Assembly: GCA_002269645.1 (NCBI GenBank)
Contig: NIVC01000990.1
Coordinates: 327,554 to 391,553, forward strand
DNA length: 64,000 nucleotides
Source: Macrostomum lignano
Lineage: Eukaryota
Reading direction: 5' to 3'
Part shown: one piece after another, positions 38,421-51,585 of the stretch
Layout: each line of letters begins with the position of its first letter
Position numbering within the stretch: the first letter of the stretch is position 1
Notes under the pieces: generated by a model
What the model was told of the DNA's origin: nothing
Database searches by the model: none
Seen by the model: only the letters and a program-made list of their open reading frames with translations
Program-made: the position numbers and the translations under genes

Positions 38421-40139
38421 GAGAGTCTCAGTCTGAATGATGGCAGTAGAGAAATGGTATTTGAGAGGTTCTAAAGAGGATTTGTGGAGGATTTAGAAGA
38501 TGGAATTCAAGTCATGGGATTCAGCTAATGGATTTCAGGGAATAGAGTTCTGGCAATGGGAGTTTTATCCCATTTCTCCTCCAACAGAGGAGTTGGCCTT
38601 GTATAGTATAAAAGTAAATAGGCTTATAACATGAAATATTTTGCCTTTCGCATGCATGCATTAGATAGGCTTGTCAACACAAAAAAATTCAAGAATGCCA
38701 TTGCTAAAAACAGGTCTCTAGACACAGTTCTAGTGCATTTGGATATGCAAGGTAGCAGTAGATCATTTGTTTGATTCTTTTAGCTATTTAGTATATAGGA
38801 CACTACTCTGTTGGTTTGCCTAACTTTTTTAGGCCACAGCTGCATTGGAAAATATAGGCTGACTTGCCCAATGCTTGCATAGCATTGGTCACCTTCTACT
38901 CATCCTAGTGCTTTGCATGGAGAAATGCTAGCTTCTAGACTTTAACATGCCTATGCAGCAGTTAAAAGTCAGAGCTGAATAGCACCTCTGCACTAAAAGC
39001 CATTATTCCATCTCAAGTTATTGGTAATTAGTCAGGCTAGAAATTTTGCTGCTGACTCATTTGTATCACTTATCTCACTTTTTAAACCATTTTCTTTAAG
39101 ACCAAAGCTAGCATAGCACCCTTGCACATGAAGATGATATCATTAGGTAGCATATTTAACTATCTGAGCTCATTTGGCCCACCTTGGTCAACTTATATAA
39201 TTAGATGAGTATCTCAATCTAGAAGGTATTCACTACTCAGCCAATCAATAAAGAACCAAACCATTTCCCAACAAAAATGCAGTGGCCTTGGACCAACAGA
39301 TCTTGGCAAAGTTCAACAATCATTTTTTCATTGAATGTGGCAGGTGTTTGCATTGTGAATCTATATCAAATCTATAATTATCTTCCAGAGTAGTATGAAC
39401 TAAAAAGTTCAGTAGCCTATTTTTTGTGCACTTTGTTAGAATGTACTACTTGAAGTCTAGGTGTTTTTTGTAAAGAATTAATAAATCATCAATACTTATT
39501 TCTTTGTCAGGTCAATAGATATTCATGCAAGTGCCTTGAAAATTGTTTTAAGAATGGATGAATTTTGTTAGATAATCCAGTATAGGATCCTCAAGGCAAT
39601 CATAAAAGCAAAGAAAGCCAAGCAATTGCTTGATGCAGTCTCTAGAGAGCAGTCAGAGCACCTCAAGCTTGAAAATATGGTGTCAAATAATAGTTGTCAG
39701 TGTTCATTTATCTCAGTCTTATTGTTGCTATCCTTGTATACTATCAGGTACATGCTAATCAATTTCTTGGCTTTGTTTGTATTTTATTTTTTCCACTATA
39801 ACAAACTCAAAAAGTAGGTCATTAGCATCCAATGAGTGAATTGTTGCCTAGGCTCTATGTTTGGTCCACTTATCTAGGTCTTCAAACAATCAGATTAGAA
39901 TAAACCTAGGAACACAATTGCTATGGGCTGTAGGTTTTTTCCACTTTGCAGATTTTTTGTTTCTGTGGATATTGCTAAATAATAATTTTTCAAATAAGCT
40001 TTTCCTGTGGATTTTTCGCTAATTTAAGTTCCTTTTCATTTAGCATTCGAATTTCACTCATTTGATGCTCTACATAGAGCTATTCTATCACAGTTTATAT
40101 CAGAAAGTTGTTTTCTTTGACTAAGATAAACCTAAATAC

Positions 40140-40541
40140 TAGAGGTCGGACAAGCAGAAAATTTTGGTTGGGCGTGAAATTTCGTGAAATTTTCAAAGTT
40201 GGGCGTGATCGTGATTGTGATCGTGAATTTATATTTGCATACATGTATTTTGAGCTCGTAAGTTACAAGTGTTGAAAATAACAAAACAAGAAAAGAAATA
40301 TCTATAAATTGATAATAGCTACTCGGTAATGCTGTCAAGTCAACAAATTTAAAATTTATTACTCTTTTACACATTTGTGTTCACATATTTTGGTAAACCA
40401 AGTAGAAAAGTTATACTTCTAATAAAAATGTAATAAAGCAGAAATTCACGACTATCATGAATGGGTTTCAAGGAAATCATGATTGTGAAAAAATGGTCAT
40501 GAATTCACGAAATTGTGATCACGGGTCACGTCTGACCCCTA
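40140..40541. mobile_element. hAT-type MITE, 402 bp
   Basis: TIRs TAGAGGTCGGAC / GTCTGACCCCTA (2 mismatches in 12). Perfect 8-bp TSD CTAAATAC at 40132-40139 and 40542-40549. Subterminal (A/T)CGTGA repeats in inverted orientation. Confidence 0.85.
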
Positions 40542-41760
40542 CTAAATACAGTAGGCCTATATAAGAATAGAGACCCACATTATTTAGTTTATATTTCCAC
40601 AAAAAAGTCACTAGTGTAGTCAGATCTATATTTCTTATAATTTTTTAATCTTCATTCCAATGGTAGTGTTAGAATGCTAATTGTGGTGAAGTTTACAGGA
40701 CACAAGTCTTATGCTAGCATCTGTCATAATTATATTATAAGCCTGTAGGCATAGAACATACAAAATAGAATCTGATTTTTTTGCATATTTGCAATTGCAG
40801 AGTGTCTTTTTTTATATTTATTTATGCCTCAATAGAAGTCACCCTTACCCATAGATTAGATATTCCCTAGATACTCGTATATCACTTTGTGTACTTGGGT
40901 GCACCCATATACCCAGTGTAATTTTTTGGAAATTTTAGCAACTACTCTTTACTTATAGTTTAAGTTCAGATTTTTTGTTGAGTCACTGATACAAGCTAAT
41001 TTTTAAAAAGTGGCATAGCAACACTGCCTAGGAAAAAGGAAGTTGTGTGCTCAACATTGGCAGATGCTTTTATTCTAGGATTCGGGCTAGGTATTCTACA
41101 AAACTCAATGTCTTGCTAGATAAGCTTGTCAGTTTTAAAATACTACCACTTTGGCCAAAGCCTAGGTAGCTAGACTTATTCTAATTGAGATTTTGTTTAC
41201 TAGATATTTATTGTCTACTAATTTGTTATCTCAGTCACATAGATTGTAGTCTGTAAGGTTAAAACCAGAATAAGTAAAAAAAAGTAAAACAATGTTTAAT
41301 AGTTGTAGTTGTGACAGTTTGTTGCAATGTTTTTTAGATTGTTGATTTAGAAAAACTTTTTTTAGAAAAAAAACTGTAACAACTTCCTGATTTGTAATTA
41401 GATGCTCAAAATTATTCATTCAATGGATTGATCTAGGTTTTACGAGCGTAGAAAATAGTTTTTTGAATTTTGGTATCCCAATATCTCTACCTTTACATTG
41501 CTGAGCCTTTTGACCCTTTGGAGTTGCAGAGTTGCAGTCTAAAATTCCTGATGCCAACAGTTGAAGTTGATGTATCATGACAATAAAAAACCAAGCATAC
41601 AACTAATAGTAGTAACTTCATTTTTATTCTCTTTTTTTATCGTTCGCCCATAAAATATTGGTATAAATTTCTGCTAAACGAAAGAAAAATTCCTTGATTA
41701 AAAACACAAAATTGCAAACATCCACTTCAATACTACTAGTAAACAGTTTCTGAAGGCAGC

Positions 41761-44700
41761 ATGCAGCCAGTCTCTACCAATGCCAATGGCAGTCCAGAGC
41801 AGACCAAGCAGAAGTCGCAGCACGAGCGAGTTGCAATCCTTGACGCTGGAGCCCAATTTGGCAAAGTGATTGACAGGCGAATTAGGGAACTATGTGTCCT
41901 TAGCGAACTGTTGCCCATGGAAACCACGGTGGAGCAGCTCAAGTCTGCTGGCTATCGAGCTATTGTTATCTCTGGCGGTCCCGGATCGGTGAATGCACCG
42001 GATGCACCGGCGTATGATCAGCGTTTGTTTGACTGCGGCTTGCCAGTGCTGGGCATTTGCTATGGCATGCAGCTGCTTAATAAGTGGGTTTGCGCTGTCT
42101 GTGGCAATGGGATGGCTCTGACCTTGTTTGTCCTGTCTTCTGTCTTTTGTCATCCAGCTTCTGTGCTTCATCTGTCACCTGGTGTCTGTGCCTCATCTGT
42201 CACCCAGCCTCTGTGCTTCATCTGTCACCCAGCCTCTGTGCTTCATCTGTCACCCAGCCTCTGTGCTGCATCTGTCACCCAGCCTCTGTGCTTCATCCGT
42301 CACCTAGTGTCGGCTTCATCTATCACCTAGTGTCTGTGCTTCATCTGTCACCCAGCTTCTGTGCTTCATCTGTCACCCAGACTCTGCTTCGTCTGTCATC
42401 CAGATTCTGTGCTTCATCTGTCACCCCGCCTCAGTGCTTCATCTGTCACCCAGCCTCTGTGCTTCATCTGTCACCCAGCCTCTGTGCTTCATCCGTCACC
42501 TAGTGTCGACTTCATCTATAACCTAGTGTCTGTGCTTCATCTGTCACCCAGCTTCTGTGCTTCATCTGTCACCCAGACTCTGCTTCGTCTGTCATCCAGA
42601 TTCTGTGCTTCATCTGTCACCCCGCCTCAGTGCTTCATCTGTCACCCAGCCTCTGTGCTTCATCTGTCACCCAGCTTCTATGCTTCATCTGTCACCCAGC
42701 CTCTGTGCTTCATCTGTCACCCAGCCTCTGCTTCATCCGTCACCTAGTGTCGGCTTCATCTATCACCTAGTGTCTGTGCTTCATCTGTCACCCAGCTTCT
42801 GTGCTTCATCTGTCACCCAGCCTCTGTGCTTCATCTGTCACCCAGCCTCTGTGCTTCATCTGTCACCCAGCCTCTGTGCTGCATCTGTCACCCAGCCTCT
42901 GTGCTTCATCCGTCACCTAGTGTCGGCTTCATCTATCACCTAGTGTCTGTGCTTCATCTGTCACCCAGCTTCTGTGCTTCATCTGTCACCCAGACTCTGC
43001 TTCGTCTGTCATCCAGATTCTGTGCTTCATCTGTCACCCAGCTTCTGTGCCTCATCTGTCACCCAGCTTCTGTGCTTCATCTGTCACCCCGCCTTAGTGC
43101 TTCATCTGTCACCCAGCCTCTGTGCTTCATGTCACCTAGCTTCTCAGCGCTTCATCTGTCACCCAGCCTCTGTGCTTCATGTCACCTAGCTTCTCAGCGC
43201 TTCATCTGTCACCTAGTGTCCGTGCTTCATCTGTCACCCAGCATCAGTGCTTCATCTGTCACCCAGTGCCTGTGCCTCATCTGGCACCCAGCTTCTCAGC
43301 GCTTCTACTATCCAATGTTTAACTCTAATTTATATTTTAGGAAACAAGCTGTGATTTTTTGCATAATTAAATAGCCATAAATAATTTCGCCGCTCCATCA
43401 GACACCTTGGAGGCGAAGTGTCGCTCGCGGGCTCCCGCGAAGACGGCCAGTTCTCCGTCCAGTTGGAGACGTCCTGCCGTCTGTTCCGCGGCATGCAGGC
43501 CAGCGAAGACGCGCTGCTCACCCACGGCGATCACGTCAGCCGTGTGGCGCCCGGACTGGACGTTATCGCCCGATCCGACGGCATGGTGGTTGCCATAGCA
43601 ACTAAAGAATCGTCCGGCCGCCGGCTGTACGGCGTCCAGTTCCATCCGGAAGTGGATTTGACGCCCAATGGCGGTTGCGTGTTTCGGAATTTCCTTTTTG
43701 ACATCGCCGGGCTGAAGGGCGACTATCGAATGGCCGAGCGGGAGAGCTCCTGCCTCAGGTTGGTGCTGAAGCTTGCACACTAGGATCCCGCACTGCCTAA
43801 GCTTTTCAGGTTTTTGTTGTTATCAGAGTTGAGTTCTGTGGATTATAAGGATTGATATCTAGGAATACGAGTATTTGGGATTCTAGGAGTTATACTACAT
43901 TGAAATCCCATTTTAGGGATAGCTCATAGAAATCCCACTCTAGGGATCAGAGCCCATAAAAATCCATGCTAAGGATTATAGGCCGCTGAAAATCCCATTA
44001 TAGGGATCAAATAGCCCATGCAAATCCCACTCTAGGTATCATAGCTCATAGAAATCCCATTATAGGGATCATAGCCGGTAGATATCCCATTCTAGGGATC
44101 ATAGCCAATAAATATCCCATTCTAGGGATCAAAGCCGGTAGATATCCCATTCTAGGGATCATAGCCAATAAATATCCCATTCTAGGGATCAAAGCCGGTA
44201 GATATCCCATTCTAGGGATCATAGCCAATAAATATCCCATTCTAGGGATCAAAGCCGTTAGATATCCCATTCTGCAGGTAGTTAATTTCCTAGCCTGAAA
44301 CCCCCCAACCCACAGCTACATCCGCGAGTCCGTGCCCTCGGACTGCCGAGTCCTGATGCTCCTTAGCGGCGGCGTTGACAGCAGCACCTGCGCCGCTTTG
44401 CTGGCCAAAGCCCTCAGGCCCGACCAGATTGTTGCTGTGCACATTGACAATGGATTTATGCGCTTGCGCGAGAGCAGCCTTGTGATTAAGAGCTTAGCGG
44501 CGCTTGGATTGCAGGTCTGTTGTAGCTGGGGGGTTCTACACGCGTCTAAGGGATTGCATTGCATGTGGTTTCTTTATCATTAGCTCTTTATTCCACAGTC
44601 TTCTAGGTGCCTATGCACGCAAATAAGGGATTTTTATCCCCATCCTGAGAAATAGTCATATCATCAGTAGGGATTTTTATCCCCATCCTGAGAAATAGTC

Positions 44701-47679
44701 ATATCATCAGTAGGGATTTTTATCCCCATCCTGAGAAATAGTCATATCATCAGTAGGGATTTTTATCCCCATCCTGAGAAATAGTCATATCATCAGTAGG
44801 GATTTTTATCCCCATCCTGAGAAATAGTCATATCATCAGTAGGGATTTTTATCCCCATTCTGAGGAGCAGGCATCAATAAGGGATTTTATCCCCATTTTT
44901 AGGAGTAGCCGAGTAGGTATCAATGGAGGATTTTTATTCCCATACCGAGAAGTAGACATCAATAAGGGATTTTTATCCCTTATTAGTGTTAACGCAGCCG
45001 TAGAAAAATGTCTAACTCTAGGCATTCATAGTCCCTATAAAAATAGCAACCAACCTAGATTAAAATAATGCTACATACTACTTTTGCTTTTATAATAATT
45101 AGTGTAGTAGAATCTATCAGTTTTCTAAGATGTTTTCAATTGCTCTTCTTTCGGTTGTGAAGGTTCGCCTAATCGACGCCTCGCTGAAGTTCCTGGCCGG
45201 CTGCACTACCCAGCTGCGCCGGGTCACAGTCGGCAAGGAGACGGCCGAGCGCCGCGTCCGGCTCGGCCCCCTGTCCGGCGTCATTCACCCCGAGGAGAAG
45301 CGCCAGATTATTGGCGATCTGTTTATGCTGGTTGCCAAGGACGTTGTTGCCGAGCTGCAGCTGGACCCCGACAAGGTCTACCTGGCCCAGGGCACCCTGC
45401 GGCCCGACCTCATCGAGTCCGCCTCCACCATCGCCTCTCATCGGGCCGACGCCATCAAGACTCATCACAATGACACCGATCTGGTGCGCGAACTGCGCGC
45501 TAGAGGCCGCGTCATCGAACCGTTGAAGGATTTTCACAAGGATGAGGTGCCAGTCTTATGTAATATCCCTGATGTATTAGCCCACCTCTGTTTCACTTCT
45601 GCTAAGCATCTCTGCTTTATCTGTCGCCCAGCATCTGTGCTTCATCTATGGCCCAGCCTCTCCGTGCTTCATCTGTCGCCCAGCATCTGTGCTTCATCTA
45701 TGGCCCAGCCTCTCCGTGCTTCATCTGTCACACAGCTTCTCTGCTTCACCTGTCACACAGCTTCTCTGCTTCATCCGTCACTCAGTTTCTGTGCTTCATC
45801 TATCACACAGCCTCTCTGCTTCATTCAATCGCCCAGCCTCCCTGTGCTTCATCTGTCACATAGCTTCTCTTCTTCATCCGTCACTCAGTATCTGTGCTTC
45901 ATCTGTCACACAGCTTCTCTGCTTCATCCGTCACTCAGTATCTGTACTTTATCTGCCACGAAGATTCTCTGCTTCATCCATCGCTCAGCATCAGTGCTTC
46001 ATCCATAGCCCAGCCTCTCATATACTCGCAAACCATTCCAGGTGCGCACAATCGCCCGCGATCTGGGCCTCCCGGACGCCCTGGTGTCGCGGCACCCGTT
46101 CCCCGGGCCGGGTCTAGCAATCCGAGTCCTGTGCGCCAGGGAGCCCCACATGGACAAGGACTTCATGGAGACCGCCGCAGCGGTTCGCCTGCTGCTCGAC
46201 CTGCGCAATTCTGCGCCAGCAATCGGCGCCGGCGAACGTCAGGCGCCTCAACTGTCGCGTCTACGCCAGCTGCTCACCGCCAGTGAAATTGATCAGCTCA
46301 GTCGGCTGTCCGACATTCAGGGCCATCTGTTGCCGGTGAACACTGTGGGAGTGCAGGGCGACAGGCGCACCTATTCTTACGCTGTGGCCCTGTCCAGCTC
46401 GAGTCCCGAGCCCAATTGGCCTGATCTGTTCTACATTGCTCGCCTATTGCCCAGAGTCTGTCACAGCGTTAACCGGGTTGTGTACGCCTTTGGCCCGGCC
46501 ATACAGTATCCCGTGACCGATGTCACCCAGACTCTGCTGTCACCACCTGTGCTGGACCAGCTCAGAATAGCTGACGATAAGGCGCATTCCGTGCTTAGGG
46601 TGAGCGATTACCTGTGGGCTGGTTGGTTGGGTGATCGAATTTTCACGGGTTGATTTGGTGTGTTCACGGGTTGGATGAATGTACTCACGGTTTAGTGTGT
46701 TCACGAGTTGGTGTGTTCACGAGTTGGATAAGTGTGTTCACAGGTTGCTTTGGTGTGTTCACGGGTTGGATGAATGTGCTCACGGTTTAGTGTGTTCACG
46801 AGTTGGTGTGTTCACGGGTTGGATAAGTGTGTTCACAGGTTGATTTTGTGTGTTCACAGGTTGCTTTGGTGTGTTCACGAGTTGGATAAGTGTGTTCACG
46901 GGTTGGTGTGTTCACGGGTTGGATGAGTGTGTTCACAGGTTGCTTTGGTGTGTTCACGGGTTGGATGAATGTGTTCACGGTTTAGTGTGTTCACGAGTTG
47001 GTGTGTTCACGGGTTGGATAGGTGTGTTCACAGGTTGATTTTGTGTGTTCACAAGTTGCTCTGGTGTGTTCACTGGTTGGATAAGTGTGTTCACGGGTTG
47101 GATGGGTGTGTTCACGGGTTGGATGGGTGTGTTCACGGGTTGGATGGGTGTGTTCACGGGTTAGATGGGTGTGTTCACAGTTTGGATGGGTGTGTTCACG
47201 AGTTGGATGGTTGTGTTCACGGGTTGGATGGGTGTGTTCACGGGTTGGATGGGTATGTTCACGAATTTTCTAGAATGATTATGTGTCACGGGTTAAATGC
47301 ATGCGTTCACGCGAATTCATAAATCAGATCTTTTGCAGTCTTTCACTGGTTTACGCTAAATTTACCTGATAAATAATCCTCTCTTTGAACACAATTCCAG
47401 GAGTGCCCGAACAGCTGCATCAGCCAGATGCCGGTAGTCCTAATCCCCATTCACTTCGATCGCGATCCTCTGCTGCTGTTGCCCTCCGTACTCCGGTCAG
47501 TCGTGCTCAGGCCATTCGTCACCAACGATTTTATGACCGGCTTGGCCGCAGTTCCCGGCCGTCACCTGGCCCTGAGCACCCTGGCCAGCATGGTAGCTCA
47601 AGTGGCCAGCGTGCACGGCATCAGCCGGGTTCTGTACGACCTCACCTCCAAGCCGCCTGGCACTACTGAATGGGAGTAG
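41761..47679 (+). CDS. GMPS: GMP synthase (glutamine-hydrolysing), 6 exons: 41761-42083, 43402-43758, 44316-44514, 45163-45546, 46042-46599, 47401-47679 (699 aa)
   Basis: [87 protein letters not shown]. All introns are GT-AG with matching phases; total 2100 nt. Confidence 0.97.
42150..43300. repeat. 25-bp minisatellite (CTTCATCTGTCACCCAGCCTCTGTG) with higher-order blocks, GMPS intron 1
   Basis: Period of 25 measured; variant blocks recur at about 42383, 42580 and 42997. Confidence 0.95.
43900..44275. repeat. 30-bp minisatellite (ATCCCATTCTAGGGATCATAGCC...) with a 60-bp dimer, GMPS intron 2
   Basis: Alternating -GGTAGAT / -AATAAAT units. Confidence 0.9.
44625..44980. repeat. 43-bp minisatellite (AGGGATTTTTATCCCCATCCTGAGAAATAGTCATATCATCAGT), GMPS intron 3
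   Basis: About 5 near-perfect copies plus degenerate 3' copies. Confidence 0.92.
45580..46020. repeat. 25-bp minisatellite of the same family as in GMPS intron 1, more diverged, GMPS intron 4
   Basis: CTTCATCTGTCACACAGCTTCTCTG-type units. Confidence 0.9.
46625..47290. repeat. About 15-21-bp GTGTTCACGGGTTGG-type minisatellite, GMPS intron 5
   Basis: GTGTTCAC recurs throughout; regular 20-bp units at 47085-47265. Confidence 0.92.
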
Positions 47680-48569
47680 CTTTTCTTGACCTTTAATTGG
47701 ACAATAACTAGCGCTTTAATTATTTATTGTTTCAAAAATGCATCAGTTTGCAGGGAAGGGGAGGTTTCCAATGCTGGTTGCTCCACAGACCCCTTTTAGG
47801 GCCATAGACATTGAAGCGCAAGTATTCAGTAGGCTGATCCTCCCGGTAAGGATTACATTGCTATGCTATTTATTAGGCAAACAACTCAATTGTGTTGGCG
47901 CTTGAATTTCTACTAACTCAAGTAGACCCAATAGAGTTTTTTATAAGTGCAAAATGCGATTCTAAATCACAAATTGGTCAGTTTCATCGGTTACTAGCAA
48001 AGCTTGTTAACTACTAATTCTCCTATTGCTTGTGCTCGGACGGTGCTTACCTGCTCGTCAGCTGCGTATTTTTAAATCATGCCGTGATTACCACACGTTT
48101 AAACAAATTATAAATTCAATAATTAATTATTTGACCATAGGCGCCATGGATAGCAACTTCAATAGCTCCTAATAATAATAATATTAATATATTTCTTTTC
48201 AATTCATTTGTCGCATGCATTTCACTCAGCTGTTATGATAAATTCAAACTGTCACTTGGAGACACCCTTAATCCTAAACAATTACTATGGAAACATCAAT
48301 CTAAGTGACGTTGCTTTTGTTTGTTTGTTTGTTTATTCTTGTTGCGAGATTTCAATATAATTTAACTATTCTCTAGTTTCTATTTGGAAATTAATTTGTT
48401 TACCTGTAAGAGAATTTTTATTAGAGTTTTTTTTTGTTTATTTATTTCAAAAAAGGAAACACCTAGGCTAGATGAGTGACGAGTGACGAGTGACCCATGC
48501 TGCTAAGAACCCATTGTTTAGGTCTGTCGATATTGTTTGTACCTTTGAGATTTATGAGTGTTTTCTGCA

Positions 48570-49320
48570 ATAGTTTTAATCGGTTGACAAGCAACTTTAG
48601 TTACACCCTTGGGCTGACTAGAGACGATTGAGATCGAAGAATTTGGACAGGGGCTGACCATACAACGATGGAGGTCAAACTAGCTGGTGTGGAGCTGTAT
48701 CTTGAAACCACTGGGCCAAAGACTGCACTAAAAGCAGAATACTTGAAGTCCATTGAGAAGGATATTGATGTTGCCCATACAGCCTATATGTGTAGAGATG
48801 AGCGCAATGACGCTAGACACAATATTTGCATTAAAGAGGGCTCCTGTAGCAATTCAAGGTACATTATTGTCACTGAGGAATACAACTAGTGTGGGTCAAT
48901 TTTTGGAGTTGATGTGTCAGCTAGACAAATGCCTGCAGACAATCAGCACGTTAATATTGTCACAAATATCAACAACTTGGCAAGTAAAGTTTAAATATTT
49001 TTAGGTAAAAAATGAAAGTAAAAGTTGGTTTATAAAGAAGCCGCACTCCAAGGAAAGCATTCCGATCAGCATTACTGGAAGAATTACTGAATCAAAGGGA
49101 ATGTTCATAGAAGAATTAGAGCAGCCCATTCGATTGGATGCTGAGGCAAATTATCATGTTTATCTGAATGACTTTACAGGTTGGTCGAATGTTCCCAATG
49201 TGACCCTGGCTAATAACAAGCACTATTAAAAATGGAAAGGTGCGACAGCACAGGTGGGTTTCCATTACCGTAATCACACAGTGTGGATACTTAATACTCT
49301 CGTAATTACTTCCTGGGAAA
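48570..49320 (+). mobile_element. Degenerate Polinton/adintovirus major capsid (C-terminal part) followed by the N-terminus of a minor capsid (penton-like) protein
   Basis: TLGLTRDD*DRRIW..EVKLAGVELYL..P..LKAEYLKSIEK..VAH..C..SNSRYIIV..IFGVDVS..VNI, then QPIRLDAEANYHVYLNDFTGWSNVPNVTLANNKHY*. These match remembered adintovirus MCP/mCP patterns by eye; no HMM was run. Confidence 0.5.
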
Positions 49321-50274
49321 TTTTTTACCAAACAAAAGCATTTTGCGACACCAGATGCGGGTAAACCAGAGAAAAAGAAACTGTTCTGAAAATAACTGTG
49401 ATATTAAACAGCGAAAGTCTCTCTTGTGTTAAAAAAATTTGTCGAGTGTACGCTCGTAAGAGCTCGAAGGTTGCGACGTACGCAGAGAAAAGTGAAAAGA
49501 GAGGGCAAGAAAGGCTTGCTGGGTTGAAAAGCACGCGGAGGCAAGAAGCTTGTCTCCGGAGAAGAGGAAGAGAGATAAACTTTCTCAGTGTAGCCGACGC
49601 CGTGTGCTAAAAACAGTCGAGTGTGCGAGCTTGTACATCTTGAAAATTGATGTTTTTAGTACAATAGATGTTGATCTACGGGGTTGATTTTTTTGACCAG
49701 GGCGTTTTTGGGCCCCATTTTGCCCCAAAAGAGATTTTGCTAGATGTCGATCTAATGGGGGTTCTGCTGTCCCAGGGGTGGTGCGGGTTGACCTTTTTAG
49801 CGCCCTCAGATCGACAATTGTAAGCATTGCATTGAGTTGGTTAATTTTAGATACAAGGGCATTACGCTCATATGTATAAATAGATTTTAGTGGATGTTCA
49901 TCTCCTTTCTCAAGATATCAACTTGTCAATGCTGCCCCTACATATTATTTAGGTTTCAGAAATAGTTTTGCATCCGTCTCCTTCTTATCGGCTTATTGTC
50001 TGAAAGCAAGTGTAAACAAGTTTTGCTATTGTGCCAAGAAATTTTGTTTTTTTGCTATACCTGGTGGCGAAAACAACGCAGAGGATACAACATATTATTG
50101 TACAGATTCACGGATCTCGTCTATACTGAAAATCCTTCAAGCGAAATTAAGTCGTTATCGCGTCTGCTAGCAGTCCTTCTCTAGACCTAAGACTTTATGA
50201 GGAAAAGCTTGCAGTGTTTCCGCATCGAGAATAAAAACTGTTTAACTGTTGAATGACGATGGGGATTCAGATTA

Positions 50275-51585
50275 CGAGGGTCACTCAGAAAGTCTTTAGC
50301 CTGAGTAGGATCCACGAGACGTAGAAGCATGAAATTTGTCTATGGTAAAGACCAACTTTTAAAAGTATCGCAGCAAAAATTTCAAACAGAAGCAGCCACT
50401 TTTGAGTCCACTGCAGCGAGTTAAAGTCAGTTCACCCCCCTGAGATCTTCAATTCAACAATGAAGCTGGAAAATCGCGACTTCAGAGCAATGATGTACCT
50501 GCACTTCAAGCAAGGCAAGTCGCCGGCCGAATCGTATCAAACTTTACAGAACGTTTTCACCCATGTATGTCCTTCATACGCAACCGTCAAAAACTGGTTC
50601 GCTGAGTTTCGCCGAGGTCGAGAAAGCCTCGAAGATGAACATCGATCCGGGAGACCCTGTGACGCAGTGACTCCAGAAAATATCTGCGCTGTGTCCAGCA
50701 TGATTGCCGCTGACCGGCGAGTGACCTACCAGCAGATCCAGCAGGAGATCGGTATTGGATCGGGGAGTGTGCACGCCATTATGCACGAACACCTTGGAGT
50801 GCGGAAGCTGGCTTCCCGGTGGATCCCCCATCAGCTGTCGGACGTGCAGAAGGACACCAGGGTGGCTTGGTGCCGATTCATGCTGCAGAAATTCGAATCC
50901 GGGACCAGCCGGCGTATCTGGGACATCCTCACGGGCGATGAGACCTGGATTTATCAATACGACCCCGAAAGCAAGCGCCAGTCAGCCATGTGGACCTTTG
51001 GAGACGAGGACAGCCCCACCAAGTTTCGACGCAGCCGGAGTGTCGGCAAGCAGATGGTGGCTTGTTTCTTCATGCGCACTGGGCATGTGGCTTCCGTTTC
51101 ACTTGAAGATCGCCAGACAGTCACCACTGACTGGTACACAACGGTTTGCCTGCCCAAGGTCTTTTCTGCTGTGAGCCAGAGGCGCCCAAGGTGCGGAATG
51201 CGTGGGGTGCTTCTGCACCACGACAACGCCAGCGCGCACACGGCGGCTCAAACTCTGGAGTTTCTGGCTGACTGTGGGGTCCAGCTGATGACTCACCCTG
51301 CTTACAGTCCAGACCTGGCACCGTGCGACTTTTTTCTGTTTCCGAAGTGCAAGGAGATTCTGAAGGGCCAGGTCTTTTCTTCACCGGAAGAAGCTGTGAA
51401 TGAGTTTAAAAACATCATCGAGGAGCTCCGGGATGAGGATTGGCGGCAGTGCTTCGACAGCTGGTTTCACAGGATGCAAGCCTGTATCAATGCCGGTGGA
51501 GAGTATTTTGAGCACTTGTAGTCATTTTTTAGTTCATTTGTTGCTGTTTTCGTGTTCAAGCTAAGAACTTTCTGAGTGACCCTCG
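50275..51585 (+). mobile_element. Complete mariner (DD34D) transposon, 1311 bp
   Basis: TIRs CGAGGGTCACTCAGAAAGT (19 bp perfect, extending with mismatches); TA duplications at 50273-50274 and 51586-51587. Confidence 0.97.
50460..51521 (+). CDS. Mariner transposase, 353 aa, intact
   Basis: HTH N-terminus, WIPHQL, TGDETW, HHDNASAH and YSPDLAPCD with 34 residues between the second and third Asp. Confidence 0.97.
   Translation: MKLENRDFRAMMYLHFKQGKSPAESYQTLQNVFTHVCPSYATVKNWFAEFRRGRESLEDEHRSGRPCDAVTPENICAVSSMIAADRRVTYQQIQQEIGIGSGSVHAIMHEHLGVRKLASRWIPHQLSDVQKDTRVAWCRFMLQKFESGTSRRIWDILTGDETWIYQYDPESKRQSAMWTFGDEDSPTKFRRSRSVGKQMVACFFMRTGHVASVSLEDRQTVTTDWYTTVCLPKVFSAVSQRRPRCGMRGVLLHHDNASAHTAAQTLEFLADCGVQLMTHPAYSPDLAPCDFFLFPKCKEILKGQVFSSPEEAVNEFKNIIEELRDEDWRQCFDSWFHRMQACINAGGEYFEHL

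Noticed and set aside
42084-43374. SVLHLSP/ASSVTQP repeat ORFs
   Set aside because: Intronic 25-bp minisatellite; GMPS exon phases close correctly without them.
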